Virus record (IMG/VR): IMGVR_UViG_3300030521_000001
Span: 1-57,300 of that record
DNA: 57,300 nucleotides
Source of the DNA: a virus
Direction: 5' to 3' (one strand)
The notes beneath the pieces were generated by a model. It had not been told where the DNA came from, made no database searches, and saw only the letters and a program-made list of their open reading frames with translations. Made by a program: the position numbers and the translations under genes. Below are positions 33,215-43,392 of the stretch, one piece after another; positions within the stretch are counted from its first letter, which is position 1, and the number at the start of each line of letters is the position of its first letter.

Positions 33215-33863
33215 CCTGCTCAAGGCCGCCAATTTGGAGCGGTGGGGTCGTTGCGAAATTCTACCCGCGCGCAAATCCGAAGTCCTCAGGACGGTACAGC
33301 GTTTGTGTCTACCCAGTTCCAAGGCGCGTTATCAGGGCGTTACTGATCGTCTGGCCGAGTTCGCGGCACACAGTGATAAGATCGTCGCGGTGCCGTGGTG
33401 GTTTATTGCGATCACCAGTGAGCGCGAGTACGGCGGCCCGCCGCACTGGGACAAGCAGCTTGGGCAGGGCGACGACCTCGACAAGGTGTCGCGTCACATT
33501 CCGCGCGGCATGGGACCTTACCTCGATCACCCCGGCGATACTACGCCGGGCCATGATGCCTGGACGCGTTGTTGCGTCGACGTGCTGATCAACTCTGCGC
33601 CCTACGCCGCGAAATGGAAGGACTGGTCGATTGGGGGCGTGCTGACGTTGTTCATCCTTTACAACGGCGTCGGCTACGAACAGTATCACCACGAACCGTC
33701 GCCCTACGACTGGGGTGCGACCAACATTGAACAATCGGGCAAGTACACGGGCGACGGCCAGTTTAGCGCCAACGTGTGGGACACGCAGATCGGCTGTGCG
33801 GCCATGCTCAAGGCTATGATTGAACTCGACCCGTCGATCGGGCAGAACTTGGGGGTCACATGA
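33204..33863 (+). CDS. Lysozyme-family (COG5526-like) peptidoglycan hydrolase candidate.
   Basis: 219 aa. LLKAANLERW...KARYQGV...VPWWFIAITSEREYG...GQGDDLDKVSRHIPRGMGPY...VDVLINSAPYAAKWKDWSIGG..LFILYNGVGYE....PSPYDW..TN....GKYTGDGQF..NVWDTQIGCAAMLKAMIELDPSI matches my recollection of this rhizobial/phage lysozyme-like family. Confidence 0.5.
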   Translation: MDLDLLKAANLERWGRCEILPARKSEVLRTVQRLCLPSSKARYQGVTDRLAEFAAHSDKIVAVPWWFIAITSEREYGGPPHWDKQLGQGDDLDKVSRHIPRGMGPYLDHPGDTTPGHDAWTRCCVDVLINSAPYAAKWKDWSIGGVLTLFILYNGVGYEQYHHEPSPYDWGATNIEQSGKYTGDGQFSANVWDTQIGCAAMLKAMIELDPSIGQNLGVT

Positions 33864-35311
33864 CGGACCTGATTCTTAGGGCTTGGAAGCTTGTTCTGAT
33901 TTCGGTCATGCTGACCTTGGCGCAACACGCCCATGCGCAAGCACCCGTCAAGGTTCAGACCCCGAGCGTTGTCACCCGGTCCGGCAACACGCAAACCAGC
34001 TATCAGGACGTGGGCGTCGCCAATCCGATGCCAACTTCGGCGGCCGGCCCTTCAGGATTCTTGCAAGGCGTCTCGCCGGCCGGTAACAATTCCCGCGTCA
34101 CGGGTGGCGACCCTCTGCAATTGTTATGGGACGACTTCCGAGGCGGTGGAGGCCCGGTCGGTACCGGCGTGCTGGACACGGTGTTTAATTGGAAGACGCC
34201 GGTTACGGGTGGCACGGGTACGCCGCTGGCCGCCAACAATCAGTTCGGCGCGACCACGCTGGGTTCAGGCACCGGCACCGGGTTTTCGGTGTTGCAAAGC
34301 CAGGAGTCGTTCGCCGGCAAGAACCCCGGCTGGTTATACTTCCGGGGACAAATAAACATCGAATTTCCGGTGTTGTTGAACGCGGTGCGGTTCTGGGGTT
34401 TCGCCACGTTTCCGACGACGCCTACTACGGCCGCGCCTTACACTGACGCCGAGGGCTTCGAGGTTGGGCTGGACGGGCACTTGCGTGCAGTGACGGCGGC
34501 CAGCGCGGACAGCGTAGCAGCCGGAACGCGCCTAGTCATAAACGACCTGTCGTTGCCTTGCCCGGCCACCGTCACGTTGACGGGATCAGTGGCGAGCGGC
34601 ACGAACACGTTGTCGACGGCCGGGTCGTCTTTCGCCAACAACGTGTTCCCATTTCAACTCGTCACGGGCCCTTCCGTTCCGTACGCCACCACTGTTACTG
34701 CGGTGAGCCCGACCGGCGTCACGCTCAGTAACAACGCGACCGGCACCAATTCAGGTCTTTACACCTTCGCCGGGCAATGTGCGCCTAATCTGGTGGGCCA
34801 AGTAGCCCAGCCTCAGGACGCCAGTGTTCACGCGTACACCAAGTTTCCCAAGGGCGACCGCATCTTTTGGGCCATCGACGGCGAAGACAACATCGTAGCC
34901 CAGACTTACAACGGCGCCCCGGGACCGGGCAACAACGCCTTGCCCGTTGGCTATGCGGCAATAGGCAACACGCCGACTTCTTCCGCGACCGTCACCGTCA
35001 ATCAGGCCGTGGTTGCGGACACTGCGCGCAATCCTTATTTCAACGGCCTGGTGCGTGACCGGACCATCACCTCGGCGACCGGCGCGTCGCAAGCGTTCTT
35101 TGCCGCTAATCTGCAGCGTCATTCGCTGAACATCGTGAACACCGGCAACGCCAACTGCGGCATTAACCCGACCGGGGGCACGGCGGCGATCGGGGGCGCT
35201 GGTACTTTAACGTTGTCTGCGCTAGGCGCGTACACCCCAAAGATTCCGCCACGTAACGCCGTCACCGTAATTTGTACTGCTGGACAACCGATCTATGGGG
35301 ATGAAAATTGA
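33860..35311 (+). CDS. Signal-peptide protein (483 aa), beta-rich, unknown function.
   Basis: N-terminus MTDLILRAWKLVLISVMLTLAQHAHA-QA. Gly/Thr/Ala-rich. ATGA overlap with the upstream gene. Confidence 0.55.
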   Translation: MTDLILRAWKLVLISVMLTLAQHAHAQAPVKVQTPSVVTRSGNTQTSYQDVGVANPMPTSAAGPSGFLQGVSPAGNNSRVTGGDPLQLLWDDFRGGGGPVGTGVLDTVFNWKTPVTGGTGTPLAANNQFGATTLGSGTGTGFSVLQSQESFAGKNPGWLYFRGQINIEFPVLLNAVRFWGFATFPTTPTTAAPYTDAEGFEVGLDGHLRAVTAASADSVAAGTRLVINDLSLPCPATVTLTGSVASGTNTLSTAGSSFANNVFPFQLVTGPSVPYATTVTAVSPTGVTLSNNATGTNSGLYTFAGQCAPNLVGQVAQPQDASVHAYTKFPKGDRIFWAIDGEDNIVAQTYNGAPGPGNNALPVGYAAIGNTPTSSATVTVNQAVVADTARNPYFNGLVRDRTITSATGASQAFFAANLQRHSLNIVNTGNANCGINPTGGTAAIGGAGTLTLSALGAYTPKIPPRNAVTVICTAGQPIYGDEN

Positions 35312-35844
35312 AACGCTCTATTAAGGTCCTAAGCCCGGTATTGCTGGCGGCGTTAGCAGTCGTGGCACTGCTAATACTGAAAGCGCACGCAGCCGACGTT
35401 ACTAACCCGACTGTAGCCCCAGCAGGAGCCACTTTTCAATCGTCCATTTCCGGCAACGGGCTGCAACCTGTTGGGACGGCTAGCACAACCTTTGTCATGA
35501 TGGGGTTAGGAACTACTTGTAAAATCACCCCAACTAGCAATGGCAGGGTGCATTTCACCATCGGCGGCAACATGTTGAACGCCACCAATGGCATGACCAC
35601 TAGAGTGGAATTGGCGTTTGGGACTGGTGCGGCGCCGGTTAATGGCGCCGCTGTGACCGGTACCGTACTAGCTGGGCCAAGAGGTTCTATTGGCGCAAGT
35701 TCCGAGTTGCATGGTTTTAGCACTGATGCCGTCGTCACTGGCCTGGTCCCAGGCACTACGTATTGGTTCGATACTCCCATGAACACTGATTCCACAGGTA
35801 CGGCTTCTGTTACTAACGTCATGTGCAACGCCGTCGAGGGTTGA
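35308..35844 (+). CDS. Signal-peptide protein (178 aa), TTG start.
   Basis: TTGA overlap with the upstream stop. N-terminus MKRSIKVLSPVLLAALAVVALLILKAHA-AD. Beta-rich body. Confidence 0.5.
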   Translation: MKRSIKVLSPVLLAALAVVALLILKAHAADVTNPTVAPAGATFQSSISGNGLQPVGTASTTFVMMGLGTTCKITPTSNGRVHFTIGGNMLNATNGMTTRVELAFGTGAAPVNGAAVTGTVLAGPRGSIGASSELHGFSTDAVVTGLVPGTTYWFDTPMNTDSTGTASVTNVMCNAVEG

Positions 35845-37202
35845 TGAACGGCCTGAATACATCCAGCCTTACGCGGCCGAGGATTCAATTTCCGGCCAAG
35901 GCGATGTGTCTGTTTCAGCCGGCACCGTACAAGATTTTTCATGGGGGACGCGGGGGCTCGAAGTCCTGGGACTTTGTGCGTGCGCTACTGTCGATCGGCA
36001 CAACCAAGGAATTGTTTATCCTGTGCTCCCGCGAGGTGCAGAACTCGATTGACGAGTCTGTGTACAAGTTGCTGTGTGACCAGATCATGGCGATGGGGCT
36101 TGAGGGTTTCTACACTCCGTATGACACCGAAATCCGGGGCAACAACGGCACCCGATTCGTGTTCGCCGGGCTCAAGAACCAATTCAGGAAGATAAAATCG
36201 TACGAGGGCGTCGACATTTGCGCGGTGTTCGAAGCTAACAACATCGCCGACCCGGTATGGGAAACGCTTGAACCTACCATTCGTCGCGACCCCCCGTACG
36301 GGCCATTCGGCGAGGGGTCGGAGATCTGGTTGGAGTTCAACCCTGAACTGGCGACCGACGCCACTTACAAGCGGTATGTGCTTGACCCGCCCCCCGGCTC
36401 GATCGTGGTGGAGTTGAACTACTGGGACAATCCGTGGTTTCCCGAGATCCTGCGTCGCCAGATGGAGCGTATGAAGGAGAAGGACTATGACAACTACCTC
36501 ACGGTTTGGTGCGGCAAGCCGCGCAAGACGCTCGCGGGAGCAGTTTATGCCAAGGAACTCCAAGCTGCCCTTACCGACGACCCGCCTCGCATATCGCCAC
36601 ATATTCGTCACGACCCCAAGCGAGGCGTCATCGTCATTTTTGACCTTGGTCGGGCCGATACATGCGCCTTGTGGTTCGTTCAGCAAATCGGAATGGACCA
36701 CGCCGTCATTGATTATTACGGTAACACCGGGTTTGACTTCACGCACTACATCGAAGAAATCCGTGAAAAGAAGTACCGTATCGCTAAGGTGATTCTGCCC
36801 CATGACGCTCGACACAAAGTCATATCAGCCAGGTTCTCTGTACTGCAACAGGCACGAGACGAATGGGGAGACGAGCGAGTCCCAAGGCCCTTACCCCCAA
36901 CACCTGCATCAACCCGTATCAATGCTTTGCGGTCCTTATTTCCCAGGCTCTACTTCGCTGAGGGACCAACCCAGGCCGGAGTTCAGGGTCTCACGCATTA
37001 CCAGTTTGGGGTGAGCGACAAGGGCCAGCGCACGGCCGAACCGTTACATAACTGGGCGTCACACCCGGCGAACTCGCTGGAACACTACTCACTCAGCTTA
37101 CAGCCCGGCATTTACGAGCGCGATGACGAACCCACCGATGAGGACTTTGACAATCCGCATGGGACGACCAGTCATGAACAACCGACAGGATGGATGCGAT
37201 GA
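35844..37202 (+). CDS. terL: Terminase large subunit.
   Basis: 452 aa from ATG 35844 (TGATG junction). Walker A-like FHGGRGGSKSWDF; ILCSREVQNSI; FAGLKN; WLEFNP; nuclease-half motifs VIFDLGRADTCALWF and ILPHDA. Confidence 0.85.
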   Translation: MNGLNTSSLTRPRIQFPAKAMCLFQPAPYKIFHGGRGGSKSWDFVRALLSIGTTKELFILCSREVQNSIDESVYKLLCDQIMAMGLEGFYTPYDTEIRGNNGTRFVFAGLKNQFRKIKSYEGVDICAVFEANNIADPVWETLEPTIRRDPPYGPFGEGSEIWLEFNPELATDATYKRYVLDPPPGSIVVELNYWDNPWFPEILRRQMERMKEKDYDNYLTVWCGKPRKTLAGAVYAKELQAALTDDPPRISPHIRHDPKRGVIVIFDLGRADTCALWFVQQIGMDHAVIDYYGNTGFDFTHYIEEIREKKYRIAKVILPHDARHKVISARFSVLQQARDEWGDERVPRPLPPTPASTRINALRSLFPRLYFAEGPTQAGVQGLTHYQFGVSDKGQRTAEPLHNWASHPANSLEHYSLSLQPGIYERDDEPTDEDFDNPHGTTSHEQPTGWMR

Positions 37203-37507
37203 GCAGACCCAGCAAAAACGGCGGACCGTTTGCAGCTTACCATGCTGCGGTAACCAACCCGATGATCATGAAACTTAATCTTAGGATGGCAGAAGAAGCC
37301 CGTGTGCTACACAAACTGAAACATCTGAGGGTCCAAACCGTTACCACAACTCCTGAGTGGTCGGATTGCTGCAACATATCGTTCGAACCGGGTCATTACG
37401 ACCGTAAAGTGTTCTTGGGATTGCTGGCTTCCAAACTGGTACATGACGGCAAGGAGCCTTTGGAATTGGCCAAATCAAACGAACAATTGTGGGTTAGGAC
37501 AGGTTGA
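37190..37507 (+). CDS. Hypothetical protein between terminase and portal (105 aa).
   Basis: ORF overlapping the terL end. Its stop overlaps the portal ATG. Confidence 0.45.
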   Translation: MDAMSRPSKNGGPFAAYHAAVTNPMIMKLNLRMAEEARVLHKLKHLRVQTVTTTPEWSDCCNISFEPGHYDRKVFLGLLASKLVHDGKEPLELAKSNEQLWVRTG

Positions 37508-39918
37508 TGGCCCTTCGTCGCGCTTCCAGCGCCAGTCGCCAGGACGACCCGCGCGATCGCGTCAAGCCCACTTACACTCGGATTGAGCGTTCCGACATGC
37601 TGCGCCAGATGGGCGGCGGCATGGGGGACAACAGCGACGGCGAAGTAACCGAAGAGGACGTCGAGATCCTGCTGGAGGCCTACGAGCGCTTCGCCTATTG
37701 CACGGAATGGGAGAACATGTTCCGTGACCAGTACATCCACGACGTCAAGTTTGCCAACGCGGACCCAGACAACGGCTGGCAGTGGCCGGACGATCTGCGC
37801 CGTGACCGCATGCTTAACCGGCGCCCCGCGCTGACCATCAACAAGGTCAAGAACCACGTCAACCTGGTGGTCAACGACGGCAAGCAGAACAAGGCGCAGA
37901 TCAAGATTTCGCCCACCGGCAAGGAAAGCTCGTTCCTGGCAGCGAAGGGCATCGAAGGCATCATTCGCAACATCGAGTACCAATCGAATGCCACTACGGT
38001 GTACGACGACTGTCTGGAATCGGCCACCGAGGGCGGCATCGGCTACGGCCGCGTGGTCTCGATCTTCCCCGATCCCCGCGCTTTCAGCCAGGAATTGCGC
38101 ATCAATCCGGTACAAGACCATCTGGGCGTGTATTTAGACCCCGACATCAAGCAGAAAAACGGTTCGGACGCCAAGTTTGGTTTCATCTTCGAGGATTTGA
38201 CGCGCGACGAGTACGAACGGCAAAACAACGAGCCGGCCCCTACCGGTTCGGCGCCGTTCACGATGGGTCTCGGCAGCGACTGGGTGCGGCCCGACCACGT
38301 CCGCGTCTGTGAGTACTACCGCATTAATTTCAAGCCGGACGAACTGATCTATTATCGCCACGGCAGCGAGGAATCGATTTTCCTGCGTTCCGAAGTGCCA
38401 CGCAGCATGCGTAAGCAGTTGCGAATGCATGAATCCCAGGCCAAGCGTGGTATGCTGGGTAACGACACCGAGATCATCACCCGGCCGACCGAGATCAAGT
38501 CGTTGCAGTGGTACAAGATCGGCGCACACCGCATCATCGATCGCGAGGAATATCCCACTCAGTACGTCCCGATATTCAGGTTCGTCGGTCGCGAGCGCGT
38601 CATCGACGGCAAGCTGGAGCGCAAGGGCCTGGTGCGCGGGATGAAAGACGCTCAGCGCATGTACAACTACAATTCCAGCGCGGAGGCGGAAGCTGCGGCT
38701 CTCGCTACCAAGACCAACTGGCTGGTGGCGCTGGAGGCCATTGCCGGCAACAACAACATTTGGGAACGCGCCAATGTCGACAACAAGCCGTACCTGCCGT
38801 GGCGACACAAGGATCGTGATGGCGATCCAATTCCTCCGCCTCAACGTATTGATCCGGCTAAGACTGCCGAGGCTTACCTTGCAGGCATGGAGATCGCCTC
38901 GCGCGAACTGGAGATGGCGTCTGGCCAGGGACCTGCACAGTTTGGCAAACCCACCAAGGAGCGTTCCGGCAAGGCCATCGGCGAGACCCAGCGCCAGGGC
39001 GAAATCCTGACGTTTGACTTTATCGACAACGCGTCGTTGGGTATTCAGTACGTCGGCATGATCCTGCTCGACTGGATACCGCATTGCTACAAGACCAAGC
39101 AGGTGGTCCAAATCCTTGACGAGGACAATACCGAACGGCTCATCCTGATCGACCCCGACGCCCGGTCGCCCTATGAGGAACAGAAACTCAAGGACCAGGT
39201 CCAGGCCGTCCTCAATCCCAAGATCGGTCAGTACAAGGTGCAGGCGCAAGCGGGGCCGGCGTACGCCACTCAGCGCCAGGAAGCCTGGAACGCGTTCGTG
39301 CAGATTGTGACCGGGGCACCTGAACTTATCAACGAGATCGGCGATCTGATGTTTCTGGCCGCTGACTTCCCGATGGCCGACAAGATTGCCGAACGCATGC
39401 GCCGCAAGATCAAGCAGATGGCGCCGTGGCTGCTCGATGAGAACGCCGTCAATCCAGTACAGCAGCAATTGCAACAGCAGCTTCAGGAAGCCGGCCAGCA
39501 GATCGCGGAACTGTTGCAGCAAGTGGCCGAGAAGGACCGCAAGCTCAAGGACCAGACCGAGGACATCAAGATCAAGAAGGTCAGCGCGGCCGACAACATT
39601 CGCAAGACCAACCTGCAGGCTTATGACAGTCACACCAAGCGCATCACGGCGGTGTCCAATGCTGAACTTGATCTCGACCGGGCCGGCGAGCACGACCAGC
39701 TTGTCGAATTGATCAACAAGATCGTCAAGGACACCCTGAAGGAGCCCAAACTCGACGAGCACGAGGATGAGCCGGAAGCCCTGGAGACGGACGACGATCG
39801 CAGCGATAACGATGCGGATTTCCACGAGCCGCGCCTGGCCGACGACGGGCACCACTACATCAAACACGGCGGCCAGCACTACAAGGTAGACACGCAGGCA
39901 ATGTTAGGGGCACAATGA
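37507..39918 (+). CDS. Portal protein (P22-like, with a long C-terminal helical barrel).
   Basis: 803 aa. FANADPDNGWQWPDDLRRDRMLNRRPALTINKVKNHVNLVVNDGKQNKAQIKISP is typical of P22-type portals. Gln/Glu/Lys-rich coiled C-terminus (QQQLQQQLQEAGQQIAELLQQVAEKDRKLK). Confidence 0.8.
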   Translation: MALRRASSASRQDDPRDRVKPTYTRIERSDMLRQMGGGMGDNSDGEVTEEDVEILLEAYERFAYCTEWENMFRDQYIHDVKFANADPDNGWQWPDDLRRDRMLNRRPALTINKVKNHVNLVVNDGKQNKAQIKISPTGKESSFLAAKGIEGIIRNIEYQSNATTVYDDCLESATEGGIGYGRVVSIFPDPRAFSQELRINPVQDHLGVYLDPDIKQKNGSDAKFGFIFEDLTRDEYERQNNEPAPTGSAPFTMGLGSDWVRPDHVRVCEYYRINFKPDELIYYRHGSEESIFLRSEVPRSMRKQLRMHESQAKRGMLGNDTEIITRPTEIKSLQWYKIGAHRIIDREEYPTQYVPIFRFVGRERVIDGKLERKGLVRGMKDAQRMYNYNSSAEAEAAALATKTNWLVALEAIAGNNNIWERANVDNKPYLPWRHKDRDGDPIPPPQRIDPAKTAEAYLAGMEIASRELEMASGQGPAQFGKPTKERSGKAIGETQRQGEILTFDFIDNASLGIQYVGMILLDWIPHCYKTKQVVQILDEDNTERLILIDPDARSPYEEQKLKDQVQAVLNPKIGQYKVQAQAGPAYATQRQEAWNAFVQIVTGAPELINEIGDLMFLAADFPMADKIAERMRRKIKQMAPWLLDENAVNPVQQQLQQQLQEAGQQIAELLQQVAEKDRKLKDQTEDIKIKKVSAADNIRKTNLQAYDSHTKRITAVSNAELDLDRAGEHDQLVELINKIVKDTLKEPKLDEHEDEPEALETDDDRSDNDADFHEPRLADDGHHYIKHGGQHYKVDTQAMLGAQ

Positions 39919-40172
39919 TCATAGCGCGCATCCCTAATGCTACCCGCACGATAGGCAAGTCTCAAGGCTATTTGGGGTTGCCGTTGCGGGATGAAATGCG
40001 CAACTGCACCGTTAATGGTGAACAGACCCCCGTGATGTTGACGGCTTGGGAACCAACCCCGGACGAACTGGAACGGTTGAACAAAGGAGCTTGTGTACAC
40101 TTAGTGATTTTGGGCAATAGTCATCCTCCTGTTATGTTGGAAGTTGGAGATCCAATTGCCGAACCCGCTTGA
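39915..40172 (+). CDS. Conserved small head-module protein (85 aa).
   Basis: ATGA overlap with the portal gene. Motif SQGYLGLPL...MLTAWEPTPDELERLNKGACVHLVILGNSHPPVML recurs after portal genes in many phages. Confidence 0.55.
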   Translation: MIIARIPNATRTIGKSQGYLGLPLRDEMRNCTVNGEQTPVMLTAWEPTPDELERLNKGACVHLVILGNSHPPVMLEVGDPIAEPA

Positions 40173-40173
40173 C

Positions 40174-43100
40174 ATGCTGACGGCGCCAAGCGATGACGAC
40201 AGCGGGACCTTGCCCGTGGTGTCGGCGCCGCGCTATCAGGTGTGGCCGGAACGAATGATACGTGGCGCCGGCAGTGCTTTGAACACGGGGGTCGACGTCG
40301 CTACGTCCGGGGTCAATCGCTTAACTGACGTGTTGATGGGTATGCCGGAAGGGCTGATGCAGTCCGTCGTATCCGGTACTACACTGGCCGGCGACGTCGC
40401 AAGCGGCGCGCAGCCGGTATTTGACCCCGAGACGGGTCACGTCGCGGAGCCCGTGATACAGCGCGCACAGGACATGGCGGGCCTCGCGGGCGGGGGTGCC
40501 TTGACAGAAAAGCCGGGAGTTGCTACGTTAGGATCGGGACCGATACGCCGACCTGACATAGGAGCACTGATGCCTGCCCCCAAGAACGCTTTGAAGCTTG
40601 AACCGATTCAGGGCCTCAACAAGGCGATGCCGACGCTTGAGATGGCCGAAAAGGTGCCCGGTACGCCGGAAGAGTGGGCCAGTCATTTTCAGGAACTGCC
40701 TGAGATCAAGAACGCCCTGATGCTGCCCGAGTTTAAGAACACGCTGGACGCCAACGGCAAGGCGACCGGCAAGGATGTGGCAGACTTCCTGAAGAAGGTG
40801 CAGGCAGTACCGGAAAAGGGCGCGGCGCCGATTGACACCAGCATGGACCGGCGCTCGTTCGTGCGCGGGCTGGTTAGCACGGTAGCGAATGCGCCCAGGA
40901 TCTTGAAGTTCGTGGGTAAGGCATTGGAAGCGCAGCCCGCGCAAGTCGCGGAGGCGGTGGCAGGGCCGAAGGTCAAGCTGGTCAATCCGTCAGCGGCAAT
41001 AAAGTACGGGATGTCGCCGGAACATGAAAAGGAATTGCTGCGGTACGCGGCCGACATGATGAATGAAAATGGCGACTACACGCCGAAAGAAGCGGTTACC
41101 GAAGCGCGCCGGATGTGGAAGGAAGAGCCAGGCTTTATGATGGAGCAGCACGCTCCGGAATTGTGGGAGGATCAAGTCAGGAACCCGGACGAGATAGTTT
41201 CCGAACGTGTCCACAAAGAAATGGGCTTGCCGGAAGGCCCAGTCCCTAGTGATAGGTATACGGAGTTCTCTAATCGACATAAGCAACTGCGCACGGAGAT
41301 GGGCGACGATTTGGAGATGGACCTCGGCCATCGTTACGACCCCGGCACCCAGTTCGAAATTCCGAAGCCAGTAAAGACCACTGAGATGCCTGCCGTTGGC
41401 GAGACTCGTTTTGCTAGTCAAGCCAGGGACGTCTTCCGCACCGCTGACGGCAAGACCTTCCCCACGCGCCAGGAGGCCATGGCCCACCACAAGGAACTTG
41501 AGAAGGGCAATTTCAACCCGGTGACGCTTCGTTCCGATACTTCTGAGCCCGGCGCCGCTTTGGCTGCGGCCGAGAATGCGCCCGCCTTCTATTCGGCGCT
41601 TGAGCACGCGACCACCAACGCTGCGCAGGACACCATGTCGCCGCAGCAGTGGCTGGGCTACCTGAAGAACCAGCCGGGCGTCAAGAAGGAAGAACTGGAT
41701 TGGACCGGGTTGGAAGGCTGGCTGGGCGAGCAGAAGGGGAAAGTAAAGAAAGCCGACGTGCAGCAGTACCTGGACGCGCACAAGACCGAACTGAAGGACG
41801 TGACGAAAGGTGGGCTTGGTTATGACGACCGGGCTCTGCGCGCAGCCGTGGACGATCATGTGGAGGAGATGCTACGAGACCACGAAGAAGAGGAGGGACG
41901 ACCTGCTACCGTGGCTGAACGCGCTCAAATTCGGCAGAGCGCGGAAGACACAGTTAGGGAAAACCCTGAAGAATTTGGGATTAAGGAAGACGAGGCGTCT
42001 ACCAAGTATTCTTCGTATCAGCTTCCGGGCGGCGAGAACTACCGCGAGCACCTGATAACGATGCCGAAAAAGAATAGCAATCCGAAGCCCACGGGGGACG
42101 AAGCTGGTGAGATTGCTCATTACGCGGAGCAGCGGCGAAGGGGACGTGAATTAACACCGGAACAGCAGACTAGGGACGATGAACTGGTCGCTAAGAGCCG
42201 GGCATTCTATGGCGCGGAAGACGCTGCGCCGTCTTACCGTTCTTCCCATTGGGACGAGCCCAACGTGCTGGCCCACGTGCGCACCAACGACCGCGTCTTT
42301 CCCGGCGAGACCCTGCCGTCAACCGGCAAGCCCCGCACTTTGGACGACGTGATTACTGCGCGTGACGCGCGAGCCCAGGAACTTGGTAACGACACCAAGC
42401 GGATGTACGCCGACGACAAGTACATGGGGCTCACCAAAGACTGGGAAACGCTGGCCAGGAAGAACATGGCCGGCGACAAGACCGCCACGTTGCCGGCGAC
42501 CGACGAGCCCCGGCCGGTGAAGTCGTTGCACCTGGAGGAAATCCAGAGCGACTGGCACCAGCAAGGAAGGAAACAGGGATATAAAGTCGAACCTACTAAA
42601 TCAGCCAATGAACTACGCCAAGCAAACAAATCGGCGGAGGACTACACCGAAGGGCTGAGACAGAAATATGGGGACGACGATTGGACTACCGAAATGACCC
42701 CGGAGGAAAGACAAACTCATCGTAGTCTGTGGGACGTAGTGCGGGACTTCCCCAATCGGGAGGCAATGGCTAGAACTTCTGGTGTCCCCGACGCTCCTTT
42801 CAAGACCACCTGGCCCGAACTCGCTTTGAAGCGCATGATCCGCCACGCCGCCGAGAACGGCTACGACCGGATCTCGTGGACGCCGGGCGAAGCGCAGGCG
42901 GCGAGGTACGACCTGAGCAAACATTATGACGCTTTACAAGTGTACAAGCACAAGGAAGGTGATTTTAGCGTCTGGGGCAAAACCAGTCCTAACGCTGCGG
43001 CTCAGCAGCTATCGATGCATGTGGCCCCGGAAAAATTGCCTGACGTCGTTGGCAAGGATTTGGCCGAAAAAATATCTCAACAGACGGAAGATAAGAAAGA

Positions 43101-43392
43101 ATATAGTGGTGTTGATCTCAAGGTCGGCGGCGAGGGCATGCGCGAGTTCTACGACAAGATGCTGCCCAAGATGGTCGAGAAGATAGGGAAGAGCCACGGG
43201 GTGAAAGTGAAGACAACCAAAATTAAGACGGAAGACGTGCAGCATCCTGACGACCAAGCTCCCGTCCATTATTTTGATCTGCCGCAGTCGCTTAAGGACC
43301 AGGCCCTACGCAAGGGATTCCCTTTATATGTAGGGTCTATTCCATTTCCGTTGACACCTGTGAATTACAACCCGTTTGAAAAGAAAAAATGA
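40174..43392 (+). CDS. Large head-associated (polyvalent-type or injected) protein, 1072 aa.
   Basis: ATG 40174 lies one base after the upstream stop; the ORF extends to 40144. No enzymatic motif recognised by eye. Conserved-looking blocks SLHLEEIQSDWHQQGRKQGY and WPELALKRMIRHAAENGYDRISWTPGEAQAARYDL. Position between portal and scaffold. Confidence 0.6.
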   Translation: MLTAPSDDDSGTLPVVSAPRYQVWPERMIRGAGSALNTGVDVATSGVNRLTDVLMGMPEGLMQSVVSGTTLAGDVASGAQPVFDPETGHVAEPVIQRAQDMAGLAGGGALTEKPGVATLGSGPIRRPDIGALMPAPKNALKLEPIQGLNKAMPTLEMAEKVPGTPEEWASHFQELPEIKNALMLPEFKNTLDANGKATGKDVADFLKKVQAVPEKGAAPIDTSMDRRSFVRGLVSTVANAPRILKFVGKALEAQPAQVAEAVAGPKVKLVNPSAAIKYGMSPEHEKELLRYAADMMNENGDYTPKEAVTEARRMWKEEPGFMMEQHAPELWEDQVRNPDEIVSERVHKEMGLPEGPVPSDRYTEFSNRHKQLRTEMGDDLEMDLGHRYDPGTQFEIPKPVKTTEMPAVGETRFASQARDVFRTADGKTFPTRQEAMAHHKELEKGNFNPVTLRSDTSEPGAALAAAENAPAFYSALEHATTNAAQDTMSPQQWLGYLKNQPGVKKEELDWTGLEGWLGEQKGKVKKADVQQYLDAHKTELKDVTKGGLGYDDRALRAAVDDHVEEMLRDHEEEEGRPATVAERAQIRQSAEDTVRENPEEFGIKEDEASTKYSSYQLPGGENYREHLITMPKKNSNPKPTGDEAGEIAHYAEQRRRGRELTPEQQTRDDELVAKSRAFYGAEDAAPSYRSSHWDEPNVLAHVRTNDRVFPGETLPSTGKPRTLDDVITARDARAQELGNDTKRMYADDKYMGLTKDWETLARKNMAGDKTATLPATDEPRPVKSLHLEEIQSDWHQQGRKQGYKVEPTKSANELRQANKSAEDYTEGLRQKYGDDDWTTEMTPEERQTHRSLWDVVRDFPNREAMARTSGVPDAPFKTTWPELALKRMIRHAAENGYDRISWTPGEAQAARYDLSKHYDALQVYKHKEGDFSVWGKTSPNAAAQQLSMHVAPEKLPDVVGKDLAEKISQQTEDKKEYSGVDLKVGGEGMREFYDKMLPKMVEKIGKSHGVKVKTTKIKTEDVQHPDDQAPVHYFDLPQSLKDQALRKGFPLYVGSIPFPLTPVNYNPFEKKK

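Noticed and set aside
38134-39879. Very long antisense ORFs: 581 aa opposite the portal gene, 276 aa opposite terL (35985-36815), 289 aa opposite the 1072-aa gene (40990-41859) and 241 aa at 37396-38121.
   Set aside because: These are typical shadow ORFs of GC-rich coding DNA. Their translations are Arg/Leu/Val/Gly-rich low-complexity sequence with no motifs. The opposite strand carries well-supported genes with recognisable family signatures.
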